A stretch of 64,000 bases of DNA from Octopus vulgaris (GCA_951406725.2 OX597821.1:117614001-117678000), one strand, 5' to 3'; counted from the stretch's first letter, positions 27,860-44,683 are shown. The notes: generated by a model not told the origin, from the sequence alone. Numbers and translations: made by a program.

Positions 27860-28085
27860 AATATTTGTTCCAGTTATAGACCACTTTTAAGGTTCCTAAA
27901 CGAGCAATATTGGTTTTCATTGTAGTGCTGCCATAGTTCAATGCTGACAAAGACACATAACTTAATGTTTCCAAATCTTTCTGAGCATAATAAAGATATC
28001 CTTTATACACAGCAATACCAGTTACAAAGTTAAGGCCGTTGAGTATCACTTCACGTTCGCTTCTCAGGATGTCATATTTTTCTAT
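27860..28085 (-). CDS. LRP2: LRP2-like exon: end of propeller
   Basis: IEKYDILRSEREVILNGLNFVTGIAVYKGYLYYA...YNWNKY; 226 nt, phase 0-1. Confidence 0.9.
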
Positions 28086-28182
28086 CTGCAGCAAAATATA
28101 TAAAAACCAACAAACATTAACAACATTGATAAATAACAAAAATTCGGTAATTTCTCACTTCATACTCATATTTCTTCATCTT

Positions 28183-28400
28183 CTTTACAGCTAGTACTAC
28201 TCATCCAGTACTTCACAGCTAGTACTACTCATCCAGTACTTTACAGCTAGTACTACTCATCCAGTACTTTACAGCTAGTACTACTCATCCAGTACTTTAC
28301 AGCTAGTACTACTCATCCAGTACTTTACAGCTAGTACTACTCATCTAGTACTTTACAGCTAGTACTACTCATCCAGTACTTTACAGCTAGTACTACTCAT
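28183..28400. repeat. 28-bp tandem repeat, about 8 copies
   Basis: Unit CTTTACAGCTAGTACTACTCATCCAGTA. Confidence 0.93.
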
Positions 28401-29282
28401 ATATTACAGGGTATCCATATATCTCCTCTGTAACAGGACACATGTGCGCTCGTTGCTCTCTCACATTTCAGCCTCTCAATGCTAGACATGGAGCCATGTC
28501 CCCCTCTCAAATACCCGCCTCACCATATTCTTTTATTCTTTTACTTGTTCCAGCAACATACTGGCAGTTTAATGGCTGGTGCAAAATTTTGAACTTGATG
28601 TAAAAGAAAATTCCTAAACACCAAGTTTTGAAGTGATTCTTTCTCAAGACAGTAGACTCACCATGGCAGGCATTCAAAACTTCTTCATGATGGACGGAAA
28701 CACATTGATGATATAAAGGCTGGCACAAATGTTTTAGCTTGATGTAAGAGAGAATTCCTAAACACCCCCTCCTGTAAATTTTAATCTCCTTCCAGCCCCA
28801 TTTAGACCCATTTTCACATAAAAATCCAATTTGTATCAACGTAATAATTCCCTGTTCTAAAAGACCTGTGGCGGGAATATTTAAACTTTTGTGGCTGTCA
28901 ACGCTTTCTCTCTATAGATGCAGACAGACGTACAGTGAGAGGGGTGGTGGGAGAAAGAGTGATACAGAGATGGTGAAGCTGTCAAACGTCGTTATAGAGG
29001 GAAATTGGAGAGAAAGAAGGAAAGAGAGAGAGAGACAGAAGAAGGCAGGGTGATATGCGAAAGTGAGAAATAACAAACACTTGTAAAAGTGTGGATTTTT
29101 GTTGCCCTAGTAACCACAGCTTTTGAGACAGTGGTTTCTAACCTAGTCTACTCACTTCCACACCTCTTTTTACATGTTCCTGTAAATTTTGGAGCCAATC
29201 CGACCCCATCTACTGGCCCTTAACCCGTTCCAATCCCAAAATGAGACAAACTTTTCACATTTTAGCTTTATAGATATTAATG

Positions 29283-29314
<32 letters not shown>

Positions 29315-29407
29315 AACTAACAAAAATTAGTACAGGAAAGATGTTTACAAAAATGTATAGCATCGTGAAGACTAGATTCTATGTCTGAATTCAGTGCAGT
29401 TACTTAC

Positions 29408-29582
29408 CTTACCAAGCTGGCTATCAGACCAATATAAAATTGGGTCACTTGGATCTTTTGTGAGGAAACCTGGTGTTTGCATATTATCCTTAACAAGTAT
29501 CTGTGGGTCAGAACCATCCATTTTAACAGCACCAATTTTAACAGGAATATCGTAACTTCCTTTGTCTGTCCAGTAAAGAAAT
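29408..29582 (-). CDS. LRP2: LRP2-like exon: YWTD repeats
   Basis: FLYWTDKGSYDIPVKIGAVKMDGS...ILYWSDSQLGK; 175 nt, phase 2-0. Confidence 0.93.
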
Positions 29583-30804
29583 CTAAGAAGAAAGGAAAAA
29601 AAGAAGAGACTCATATGTTTGCGTTTGGCTCTGACCACCACCATCACCATCATCATCATTTAACCTCTGCCCTCCATGCTGGTCTGGGTTAGAATGGTTT
29701 GACTGGAGCTAAGAAGGCCAAGAGCTGTATCAGGTTCCATTGTCCGCTTTGCTATGCTTTCTACAGTTGGACACCCTTCCTCATGCCAACCACTATACAG
29801 AATGTACTGGGTGCACTGACAGGGTCTCCTACAAGACAAACCTCCCTCAGCTGGGAGGGGAAGGAGTATTGAAGGAAGTGGCTTTGAGCCAGGTGATGAG
29901 CGGTTGGAAGTATGGAGGGACAGAGATAGGTGTGTTGCCGTAGGGGAGAACACATGGATACCCCAGTAGGAAAAGGAAAGAAAGGAGAGTGAGTTAGAGA
30001 GTAAGATGAGTGAGAGTGAGAGAGAGATGGTGGTGGAGTTGCTCCCAAGGGACAATGGGTGGTGGTGGTAATAAGTGAGGTTAGCCAGTGGCACGTAAAA
30101 AGCACTATCCGATTGTGGCCGAGGCCAGTCTCACCTGGCCCCTGTGCCGGTGGCACGTAAAAAGCACCATCCGACCATGGCGTTTGCCAGCCCCGTCTGG
30201 CACCTGTGCCAGTGGCATGTAAAAGGCACCCACTACACTCACGGAGTGGTTGGCATTAGGAAGGGCATCCAGCTGTAGAAACATTGCCAGATCAGACTGG
30301 GCCTGGTACAGCCTTCTGGCTTCCCAGACCCCAGTTGAACTGTCCAACCCATGCTAGCATGGAAAGCGGACGCTAAATGATGATGATGATGATATAGGGA
30401 CTTGGACTGGGTGAGAAGATATAGGGATAGCGGTGTCTGTAGCAAACGATGGGTGGGGATATAGGAGTTGGTTGAGGTGTGTGTGTGGGGTGGTGGTGGC
30501 AAAGTCGACCTCGGCAAAATTTGAACTCAGAATGTAAAGGCAAATGAAAGGCTGCAAAGCATTTTTCTTGGCATGCAAATTGAGGGAGGGGTAAGATGAT
30601 GAAATCGCCCCCAGTACATGACTGGTACTTATTTTATGAACAACCAAAAGAATGAAAGGCAAAGTCATCCTCAGCAAAATTTGAACACAGAATGAAAGGT
30701 TGCAAAGCATTTTGCCTGGTATGCCAGCAATTCTACCAGCTTCCCATCTTACCCTGAAGAAATATGGAGAAGAATGCAATGAGAAGAATAAAAATCTCAC
30801 AAAC

Positions 30805-31058
30805 CCATTGGTTGGATCCAGGCAGAGAGATGTTGGAAATGAAACATCTGTTTGATTCCCGGAGTTTCCTAAAACAATTTTGTGAATAGTAAAGTTACTA
30901 TTCATCTTCATAACATGTATGCTCTTTGAATCTGTGCTGCTCCAGAACAAATTTCCTGAAATCCAATCAATTGCAAGGGAATTTGGTTTACCTAGAAATA
31001 GTTCTGCCGGCCAAGAGGTCTTGTTTTGACCACTTGCTGTGATCTGGGTAATTGTTTG
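30805..31058 (-). CDS. LRP2: LRP2-like exon: YWTD repeats
   Basis: QTITQITASG...LAIDWISGNLFWS...PTSLCLDPTNG; 254 nt, phase 0-2 when the GTTTGT donor needed to keep the frame is used. Confidence 0.9.
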
Positions 31059-31542
31059 CTGCAAGAAAATAATAATTTAAGTTAAAATCATAAAAATGTA
31101 AATAGCATTTTTGTAAACTTATGAAATTTCCACTAAACATTTCAAACCCTGTTCGTGATATACTGCAAAGACATTTATACTTTGATTAAGTGGCCGAAGC
31201 CAGTGACACATGAAAAGCTTCTGTCAAGTCTTGGGCCTCACGAAGGCAATGACTGAGACCTTTGGCATTATGTTGTGCTTGAAAAACAGACCCGTCAGGC
31301 CAAGCAAAATCACAGTCATAGCAGATACCAGTATTGCACAAATGGCACCTGTGCTGGTGGCACGTAAAAGCACCCATTACATTCTTGGAGTGGTTGGTGT
31401 TAGGAAGGGTATCCAGCTGTAGAAGCCATACCAAATCAGACTGGGGTCTAGTGCAGCCTTCCAGCTTGACAGCCCTGGTCAAACCATCCAACCCATGCAC
31501 CAGACTCCAAGGCTGTGTAGATTTTAGAACGTTTATAAATAA

Positions 31543-31590
31543 GTCTTACTGCTGTTTCTAGGATATTTATTATATCCCTTCATTGGAGAC
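31543..31590 (-). ncRNA. Decayed type I hammerhead motif
   Basis: GTCT-CCAATGA-AGGGATAT-loop-ATATCCTA-GAAA-CAGCA-GTA-AGAC; core deviates from CUGAUGA. Confidence 0.55.
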
Positions 31591-31863
31591 GGTGTGAGAA
31601 AATGGTTAAGCAATAGTTAATTTAGATAAGATACAAAATAGAGAGTGAAGTGGAAAAATGAAAATAGATGTGAGATATGCAGGGATATTGCATATGTAGA
31701 TCCATTATTTAGGCAGAATGGTATACATATAAGATTCCAATAACTTATGAGTAAAATCCAATAGTATTTAAAATTGGTCATTCCAAGTATAGAGTTTATT
31801 GAATCAAGGGTTTTATTTAAAGTGACCTAAAAGTAGGGAATGTATTAGTAAGGTCAAATTCAA

Positions 31864-31908
<45 letters not shown>

Positions 31909-32347
31909 CAATAATAATAAAGGGTAAAATTATTTGATTAATTAATAATTTTACCAAGTAGCTTCGGCATGTTATAAGAACCATTATCTGTAAACTTAAA
32001 CAATAATTTTTATAATTATGAGTATTATTACATCCCCATAATTTAGTGGTTCAGTAAAAAGGACTGATTGAATAATTACCAGGCTTATTTAAACTAAACC
32101 CCCCAATGCAGTGCTGCAGTATGGCGACAGTCAGGTACTGAAATAAGTAAGAGATAAATTATATGTGTGTATATCTTTGAGTTTGTGTTTGCACTCCCCA
32201 GCGTGTGGCAACTGATGTTGGTTTGTTTAAGCCCCTATAACTTAGCAGTTCAACAAAAGAGACTGATAGCCAGTGTGGCCATAGATTTATGTCTTAAACC
32301 AATAAAATATAAAATTAAATATGGTTATCGTTGCCAAAAAAACTTAC

Positions 32348-32526
32348 TTGTGATGAACGTTGTACAATGTAATATACATAATTAGTTTTACGGTTGTAGT
32401 CAAAGTCTAAGAGAGTCCTTCTCCATTCAGTTATTGGCATGAAAGAGTTGCTTCTTGGGGCTGAGTTTTGTAAATCAATATCTTTAATCCTATAGCGATA
32501 GGCATAGAGCAAGTATTCATCTTGAG
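32348..32526 (-). CDS. LRP2: LRP2-like exon: start of next propeller
   Basis: QDEYLLYAYRYRIKDIDL...DFDYNRKTNYVYY...SSQ; 179 nt, phase 1-0. Confidence 0.9.
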
Positions 32527-32759
32527 CTGTAAAGAAAATATTTGAAATCATATCAACAGAGTGAATTTCATCTCACTATAAATATGTTAAATACAGGGAC
32601 ACAAAAGGAAACACACACACACACACACACACACGTTTGCCTGTGTGATTGTGTACATGTATGGGTATGTGTGAATATACATATGTGTGTGTGTGTGTGC
32701 TTGTATGGGTATGTGTGAATATACATATGTGTGTGTGTGCCAATCAAAGTGAAATTAAA

Positions 32760-33770
32760 AACAGTGTTTCAGAGTTCTGCAGGAAATTAAGACTTGCAGA
32801 GGCACTGACCGACTTTGATGATTAGGATGGATCACTGGTCAAGAACAAAAGCAGATACACCCCACCACAAAGAAAGAAACAAAGCCTTGATGAATTTTGC
32901 AAACACATCGGAAACTTTCCCTATCACACCTTCCACAAACAAAAAAAAACATCCCAAACCTCAACAAAGTCCAATGGAAAGAAATTAATGATCTACAAAT
33001 GATAAAGAAATGATAAAGAAATTACGATCTAAGAAGCGGACAAAGGCAGCACCATGGTTATTATGGACACATCCAACAACAGAAATCTAGTCATGTCCTT
33101 ACTAAACAACAATGAGTATTTTGAAGAAATCAACCACTACAATCCCCCCAAAATAATGGAAAACCTCTCTTTGCTAATACATACCCACAGGAAAGTCCTC
33201 ACAAAAAAGGAAGTAGATTTCCTAACAAATTTCAAATACAAACCCAGCCTTTTCTATGGCCTCCCCAAAATCCACAAAAGCCCAACCATCAATGAAGCCA
33301 TCAATAACTCACCACATACATACGTACACCAACACCAGGAGACCTAAAATTACGACCTATCATAGCTGGCCCATACTGTGAGACACACAGATTAAGTTAC
33401 TTCATGGACATTCTCCTGAAGCCATATCTAAAATATATTGGAAGCTACATCAGAGATTATTTAAACATGCTGAACCAGTTCCCAGAACAGGTCGGGGAAG
33501 AATCCCTCATGGTCTCCTTCAATGTTATAAACCTATACTCCAACATTCCACATGATTATGGAATGGAAGCGATTCGATTCTGGCTAGAACCACATCCAGA
33601 GGAATTACCAGAAAGAATAAACAAAACATTCATCATTGAATCAATTAAATTCATTCTTCAGAATAATAATTTCATTTTTGACACCAACTGCGACAGCCAA
33701 ATATCGGGAATTGTGATGGGCACAAGAGCAGCACCTACCATTGCCAACCTCACAATGGGATTCTTAGACA
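32760..33770 (+). mobile_element. Penelope-like element, decayed RT fragment
   Basis: ADKGS-VIMD, FYGLPKIHK, LRPIIAG, LYSNIP and GIVMG-IANL motifs typical of PLE RT, broken by frameshifts. Confidence 0.88.
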
Positions 33771-33817
33771 AAAAAAAAAATATATATGTATATGTATTTT
33801 TGTTTCTCTCTGCATAT

Positions 33818-33876
33818 ATTCCACTGATGAAGCAAAGCATTTCTAAATGTAAAGTCAGAAATCTAGGATCTGGAAT
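33818..33876 (+). ncRNA. Type I hammerhead ribozyme motif next to the PLE RT fragment
   Basis: ATTCCA-CTGATGA-(irregular stem II)-GAAA-TCTAGG-ATC-TGGAAT; 6-bp stem I. Confidence 0.7.
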
Positions 33877-34109
33877 TATCCAGTAATTTTTTACTAGTCT
33901 TATTTTGTCTATTTGTCTTCTCTCCTTGTGCTATATGAACACTTAAGGGGGTTTTTAGAGTCAGATCTTGGCTGCTATTTCCAGCATGGTGGTATCTAGT
34001 AGATACCCTGAGTTATAATTTTAATAATAATTATTACCTTTGAAGGTTTTTATTTCAATGCTGGCCACTTGATAAGATCGTTATTTAATTCAAATTAATG
34101 ATCTTATCC

Positions 34110-34166
<57 letters not shown>

Positions 34167-34167
34167 C

Positions 34168-34198
<31 letters not shown>

Positions 34199-34234
34199 CA
34201 TACATATATATACGTACATATATATACATACATA

Positions 34235-34275
<41 letters not shown>

Positions 34276-34279
34276 ATAC

Positions 34280-34330
<51 letters not shown>

Positions 34331-34332
34331 CA

Positions 34333-34490
<158 letters not shown>

Positions 34491-34633
34491 AATATATATA
34501 TATATATATACATACATACATACATATATATAAATATATATATATATATACATACATACATACATATATATATACATACATATATATATACATACATACA
34601 TATATATATATACATACACATATATATATATAT

Positions 34634-34680
<47 letters not shown>

Positions 34681-34691
34681 CACATACACAC

Positions 34692-34723
<32 letters not shown>

Positions 34724-34827
34724 ATACATATATATATATATATATACATACATATATATATATATATACACACACATATATATATACATACACACACATA
34801 TATATATATATACATACATATATATAT

Positions 34828-35418
34828 CATTAAATCATTAAATCATTAAAAATGTTTTAGCCTGAAGGCCGCGGCCATGCTGGGGCACCACCGCTGAATG
34901 AGCTACACTAATTTGTGAATCCACCTCTGATACGTGGCACTTGATCAACAAGGGAGTTCGATGCTGCTGCCCGCATCCGCGTCTCCTGTCGTGAGGTAGG
35001 CTCATCTGGGACTCCCAACAAGAAGAGATCCAGTTTAGTTTTAAAGAAACCCACATCCACACCATGTAAGTCTCTCAGGCATTTAGGGAGGATGTTAAAG
35101 AGCTGTGGTCCTCTGAAACCCAAGCTGTTGCAGTATCTGGACCTGTATTTTGATGGTGATGTTGGAATCCTTGGCACCATGCAGTGACGCCCCGTTCTGC
35201 GGTTGGAGTAACTTTGAATGCCAAAGTTTGGGACAAGACCCTCCAGGATTTTCCAGATGTATATCACCGCATATCTCTCCCGCCTCCGCTCCAAGGAGAA
35301 GAGGTTTAATACCTTCAGTCTTTCCCAGTAGCTGATATTTTGCATTGAGACGATTTTCTTTGTGTAGCTTCTCTGAATTGCTTCGAGTTTTGCTGTTAGT
35401 TTTATATTGTGTGGTGAC

Positions 35419-35420
<2 letters not shown>
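34828..35420 (-). mobile_element. 3' fragment of a CR1-group LINE related to 35513-37651
   Basis: ORF 34908-35426 is homologous to the C-terminus of the neighbouring element (LEAIQRSYTKKI...PDEPTSRQE); short tandem tail; flanked by (TA)n. Confidence 0.88.
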
Positions 35421-35512
<92 letters not shown>

Positions 35513-35516
<4 letters not shown>

Positions 35517-37651
35517 AAAAAAATTAAAAAAAAAAAAATTTTAATGAGACGGTGTACAAAATTTTCAAATCGCCTAAACAAACAGATTGAAAGCAGTGAA
35601 AAGTCCCGCCTAAAAATAAAACTGTTGGAAATCGAAAAATGTCTGCAACTCTCCCATGAAAAAGAAAGAGCAGACAAAGAAGCCTGGGCTATAGACAACA
35701 TAAAATCTAACCCCAGAGCTTTCTACAGGTATGCCAAAGAAACAGTTACGGTGCACTGTAGAATAGGGCCACTCCTCGAAAAGGATGGCACACTTACAGG
35801 AAAACCAATGAGGGTAAGTGAAATACTGAATGAGCAATTCAAGAGTGTTTTCACTCCACCCCTTGGGCATCTCCAAATCACCAATCCAACTGACTTTTTT
35901 ACCACTGCAGATATAAAATCAGAGGCGGCGACGATAGATTACATCGATATAAAGGAAGACGATGTAATCAAGGCTATAGATGAAATGAAAACAGACTCAG
36001 CTACTGGCCCCGATGGATTCCCGGCAATCCTCCTAAAAGTATGTAAGAGAGTCCAAGCAAGACCACTGCAGTTCCTCTTTCAGAGCTTCCTTGCAGCTGG
36101 CAAACTTCCAAGAAAACTGAAGGAAGGTAAAATATGCCCCATTCATAAAGGAGGTAGCAGAGCGGAAGCCAAGAACTATAGACCTATCTCTCTGACCTCA
36201 CACATCAGCAAGGTCATGGAACGAATAGTCAGAAGGAAGCTGATCACCTTCCTTGAAGAAAATGACTTGCTGCCCGACACCCAACATGGTTTCCGACCAG
36301 GGAGAAGCTGTTTAACTCAGCTCCTACAACACTATGACTGGGTGCTGAAACGGCTGCTCAACCACTCAAATGTGGAAGTGATATATCTCGACTTTGCAAA
36401 GGCCTTTGATAAAGTCGATCATGGAATGATATGTCACAAACTGCGTGATCTCAACATAGTTGGAAAACTGGGAGAATGGCTTCATGACTTTCTGAAAGAT
36501 AGAAGTCAGGTGGTAGTGGCCAATGGGGCCACTTCCATTAACACGCAAATAGTGAGCGGTGTTCCGCAGGGCACTGTTCTGGGACCACTACTGTTCATAA
36601 TGGCCCTCTCAGACATGCCCTCAGCCACGCAGAGAGCCACGATCACAAGTTATGCAGATGATACAAAAGTTTCACAGGCAATACAGAACCCTGAGGACAC
36701 TAAACACCTGCAATGTGAGCTGGACAAAATATACAAGTGGGCCGAAAAGAATAGCATGCAGTTCAATGCTGAAAAGTTTCAAGCTCTATACTATCAGCAT
36801 GCAAAACTAAATGCAATACCCAATGAATACACTGGACCCGGAGGAATAGCAAACCCAGAGGCACAATCAGTGCGTGACCTAGGTATTTACATGAGTGATG
36901 ACACGACCTTTCGTGTACATGTTGCTAAATTGGCAATGAAATGTAGACGACTGGCCGGATGGATCCTCAGAACCTTTAGAACAAGAGAACAAGAAACCAT
37001 GATGGTCCTCTGGAGGACACTTGTCCTAAGCCACTTTGACTACTGCTCTCAGTTATGGTCACCATCCAGTGTCAAGTTGATCACAGAGCTCGAGGCGATC
37101 CAACGTAGCTACACGAAGAAGATAGCCTCTATGCAGAATGTAAGCTACTGGGAAAGACTCAAGAGATTAAAACTATATTCCCTGGAGCGTAGGCGGGAAA
37201 GATATGCCATAATATACATCTGGAAGATCCTGGAGGGACGTGTCCTGAACTTTGGCATCAAGAGTTATGCAAATGCCAGAACTGGGCGCCACTGCGTGGT
37301 GCCTAGGACTCCAAACTTGCCATCAAGATGTAGGACAAGATATTGTGATAGCCTGGGCTTCCGAGGCCCACAGCTCTTCAAATATCCTCCCGAAGAACCT
37401 GAGAGACCTGCATGGGGTGGATGCAGATGTCTTTAAAATGAAGCTGGATCTCTTCCTGTCAGGTGTCCCAGATGAACCAACTTCACGGCAGGAGGGGCAG
37501 ATGAGGGCAGCTGCATCAAACTCTCTCATGCACCAAATGGCAGTTGCTAGAAAGCTTTCGTGAAGTGAAACCAATTAGCAACACCAAATGGCGGTACCTC
37601 AGCATGGCCACAGCTCATAAGCTGAAACTAGAATCAATCAATCAATCAATC
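35513..37651 (+). mobile_element. 5'-truncated CR1-group LINE, reverse transcriptase ORF2 with a late frameshift
   Basis: ORF 35544-37436 has GPDG, NYRPISL, QHGF, YLDFAKAFD, GVPQG and YADD motifs; an extra A near 37380 shifts the C-terminus into ORF 37252-37563; (AATC)n tail; (TA)n on both sides. Confidence 0.92.
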
Positions 37652-37704
37652 ATATATATATATATATATATACATATATATATACATATATATATATACA
37701 TACA

Positions 37705-37736
<32 letters not shown>

Positions 37737-37799
37737 CATACATATACATACATATATATATACATACATATATATATACATACATATATACATACATAC

Positions 37800-37832
<33 letters not shown>

Positions 37833-37908
37833 CATACATATATACATACATACATATATATATACATACATATATATATATACATACATATATATATATA
37901 CATACATA

Positions 37909-37949
<41 letters not shown>

Positions 37950-37955
37950 ACATAC

Positions 37956-37990
<35 letters not shown>

Positions 37991-38016
37991 CATACATATA
38001 TATATATACATACATA

Positions 38017-38057
<41 letters not shown>

Positions 38058-38061
38058 ATAC

Positions 38062-38152
<91 letters not shown>

Positions 38153-38418
38153 TATATACATACATATATATATACATACATATTTTTTGTCTTTTTTTTC
38201 TGACCAGACCATCAGATGTTGCTACATATCGCTGGTCACAATGCGTTCGCATTGTTTTAGCCTTCGAATGACGCCACCCCGCTGGCTAAGCGAGCAGGCC
38301 ACATACATATATATATATATATACATACATATATATATATATACATACATATATATATATACATACATATATATATACATACATATATATATATACATAC
38401 ATATATATATATACATAC

Positions 38419-38455
<37 letters not shown>

Positions 38456-38564
38456 CATATATGTAGGTCCCGGGTTGAGTCGGGGTTAACCACAGTAAAT
38501 AAGGTACTCAATACATAGCATTTATATATATATATACATATATATATATACATACATATATATA

Positions 38565-38657
<93 letters not shown>

Positions 38658-38957
38658 CATACATATATATATACATACATATATATATACATACATATAT
38701 ACATACATACATATATATATACATACATATATATATATACATACATATATATATACATACATATATATATATACATACATATATATATACATACATACCA
38801 CATACATACATACCTACATATATATATATATATATATATATGTAAAATTATATACATGCATTTATGTGTTTAGGCCACAGTATGTGAATTCAAGTAATTC
38901 TGTGGTATTCATCAAAAAAGTTTCTTGATTTATCATCCAACAAAATATATATATGTG

Positions 38958-39165
<208 letters not shown>

Positions 39166-39616
39166 TGTGTGCACCAGAGTGTCAATTGGAACTTGTTATT
39201 TTAAAATGTATTTGAGCTGTTTTAGACAGAAATGAATATCAGACAGAGATAAGTACTGAAGGTTGATAGGAGTGTAGAAGATTTGAAACCAAATTACTGG
39301 ACACAGCTGTGCTGATGCCTCATCGAGACCACTATCATTTCACATGATTGGCCAGTTAACTGACCAATCAGCATGATTTGATTTTCTGGAACTTTCTAAT
39401 GAGTTTTATTATATGTGGATTTTTGGCAGAAACTTCAGAATGTCTCGGCAGTCACAGCATTGATTCTATTCCCATTTCTCATTCATCAACCATGCAAATA
39501 GAAGCTACAGGTTTTGCTGAAGTGACTTTAGTGTGATATTTTCCCATTCGTGATGGACCAGTCACAGTTATTATATGCCAACGATTTTCTCATTGACCCC
39601 AGTAGTATGTCTCTCC

Positions 39617-39671
<55 letters not shown>

Positions 39672-40302
39672 GCTTAACGTCCGCTTTCCATGCTAGCATG
39701 GGTTGGACGATTTGACTAAGAACTGGTGAACCATATGGCTACACCAGGCTCCAATCTTGATTTGGCAGAGTTTCTACAGCTGGATGCCTTTCCTAACGCC
39801 AACCACTCCGAGAGTGTAGTGGGTGCTTTTATGTGCTACCTGCTCAGGAGCCAGTCAGGTGGTACTGGCACGGTCATGGAAAATCATGTTTTTTTTCTTT
39901 TACATGTCACCTGCACACCGGCACAAATGCCAGTAAGGCGACGCTGGTAACGATCACGCTCGAATGGTGCTTTTTACGTGCCAACGGCATGAACGCCAAA
40001 AATTGTTGCTTTTATTTTCTGTCTAAAGATCAACACAGAAAACACCATGTTCAGTAAATAAAGTGTCTGTTAATTGTTCATGAGTGTTCATGATCCCTGG
40101 AAAGACATTTTCATTCTCCACAAGCATCAACAAACAACCACTGCAGAAGCTTACATGCAACAGAATCAACTAAAACCAGCGAAGGGCAGTTTCTAGCATT
40201 GTTACAACACAACGACTGAAAACCAGTCAAAGAATAAAAGGAAGACAACGAAAACCAAGAAATTAGAAGCGCATCCTTCATTAAATGTTGTTTTTTACTT
40301 AC

Positions 40303-40428
40303 CATCAACACAAGTTTTACCGTCTTGACTTGGTTTCATTCCTGAAGGACAAACACATTTGTAACCTTTTGCTGCTTTGGACAGTAAGCAAAGATGGCTG
40401 CAGGGTTTACTGCTACAAGAATTAATAC
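40303..40428 (-). CDS. LRP2: LRP2-like exon: EGF repeat
   Basis: INSCSSKPCSHLCLLSKAAKGYKCVCPSGMKPSQDGKTCVD; 126 nt, phase 1-1. Confidence 0.93.
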
Positions 40429-40634
40429 CTGTGAATAAAAAAAAAACATTAAAAACCCTCATAAACAAAAAACATATGCACCACACACACACACACACAT
40501 ATAGATAAAAAAAGTTGGTCAAGAACTGAACATGTGTTGCTGATTTAACCTGCAAGGTATCTATTTTTTTTTTTTTTTTTGCTATCAGTCACTGACCAAT
40601 GAATAATACAAGATTAAAGAGGCAAGCAACTCAC

Positions 40635-40812
40635 CTGTCGGCTGGCGAACTGGGTGATAACTAATCACATTCACAGGTCTTATCAAGGAAGTCTGCACTA
40701 AATTCTTGGCCTTGCAATTAAACTTGTGACATCCCATTAATTTATTAGTGAAAGGGTCTGTCCAGTAAATCATATCTTCAAAAATGGTGAGGCCATAGGG
40801 ATTGGTAATATA
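40635..40812 (-). CDS. LRP2: LRP2-like exon: end of YWTD propeller
   Basis: YITNPYGLTIFEDMIYWTD...SYHPVRQPT; 178 nt, phase 0-1. Confidence 0.93.
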
Positions 40813-41030
40813 CTGAATGAAAGGTGAGGAAAAAGAAAAGAAAAAATGAATTTTATCTTGCATTTCTGTATTGGAAAATGATTTTTCAAACTTTCTAAAT
40901 TACATTTATTAATGTAAATTTGATTAGTTCTCATTGGCTAGATTCACCTAGACAAAATTTCAAATGTTGCTAGATCAATCCCAGTATTTACTTACCTGAA
41001 CACCTAACTGTTAACAGACCAAGAAATATA

Positions 41031-41183
<153 letters not shown>

Positions 41184-41824
41184 GAACTTTAGGTCTCACT
41201 AAGGAAATGTCTAGAGACCGAGACCTATGGAAGTATGCTGTGCGTGAGAAGACCCGGCAAGACTAGTCAGGCCATAACCCGTGGCCCCTACCTGGGACGT
41301 AGTCAGTCCTCCTGTGCATACCTTCCTTCTTGTGACACTTATGAAGACCTGTTGAGGCAAGTGAAAATCAAATCAAAACAAATCAAAATAGATGAACATC
41401 AGTGGAATTGTATTCTTTGTGGTACCAGTGCCGGTGGCACACAAGAAAACCACCCAAAAGTGGCCGTAGCCAGTACCGCATCGACTGGCCTCCGTGCTGT
41501 GGGCACAACAAACACCATCCGATCGTGGCCGTTCGCCAGCCTCATCTGGCACCTGTGTCGTTGGCACATAAAAACACCATCCGAAGACCTGGCGACGTAG
41601 TCAGTCCACCTGTGCATACCTTCCCTCTTATGACACTTGTGAAGACCTGTTGAGGATGATATATATATATGATATATACGATATATATATATATATACAT
41701 ATACATACATATATATATGAAGTACATATATATATATATGAAGCAGGTTGTGATTTGTTTGTGTGCATGAATCAAACGCTTATTTGCGAGTGATTTGTGC
41801 CAATAATCACATTTTGGCACAATA

Positions 41825-44610
<2,786 letters not shown>

Positions 44611-44683
44611 GTATATATATATGTATATATATATGTATATATATATATGTATATATATATGTATATATATATATATGTATATA

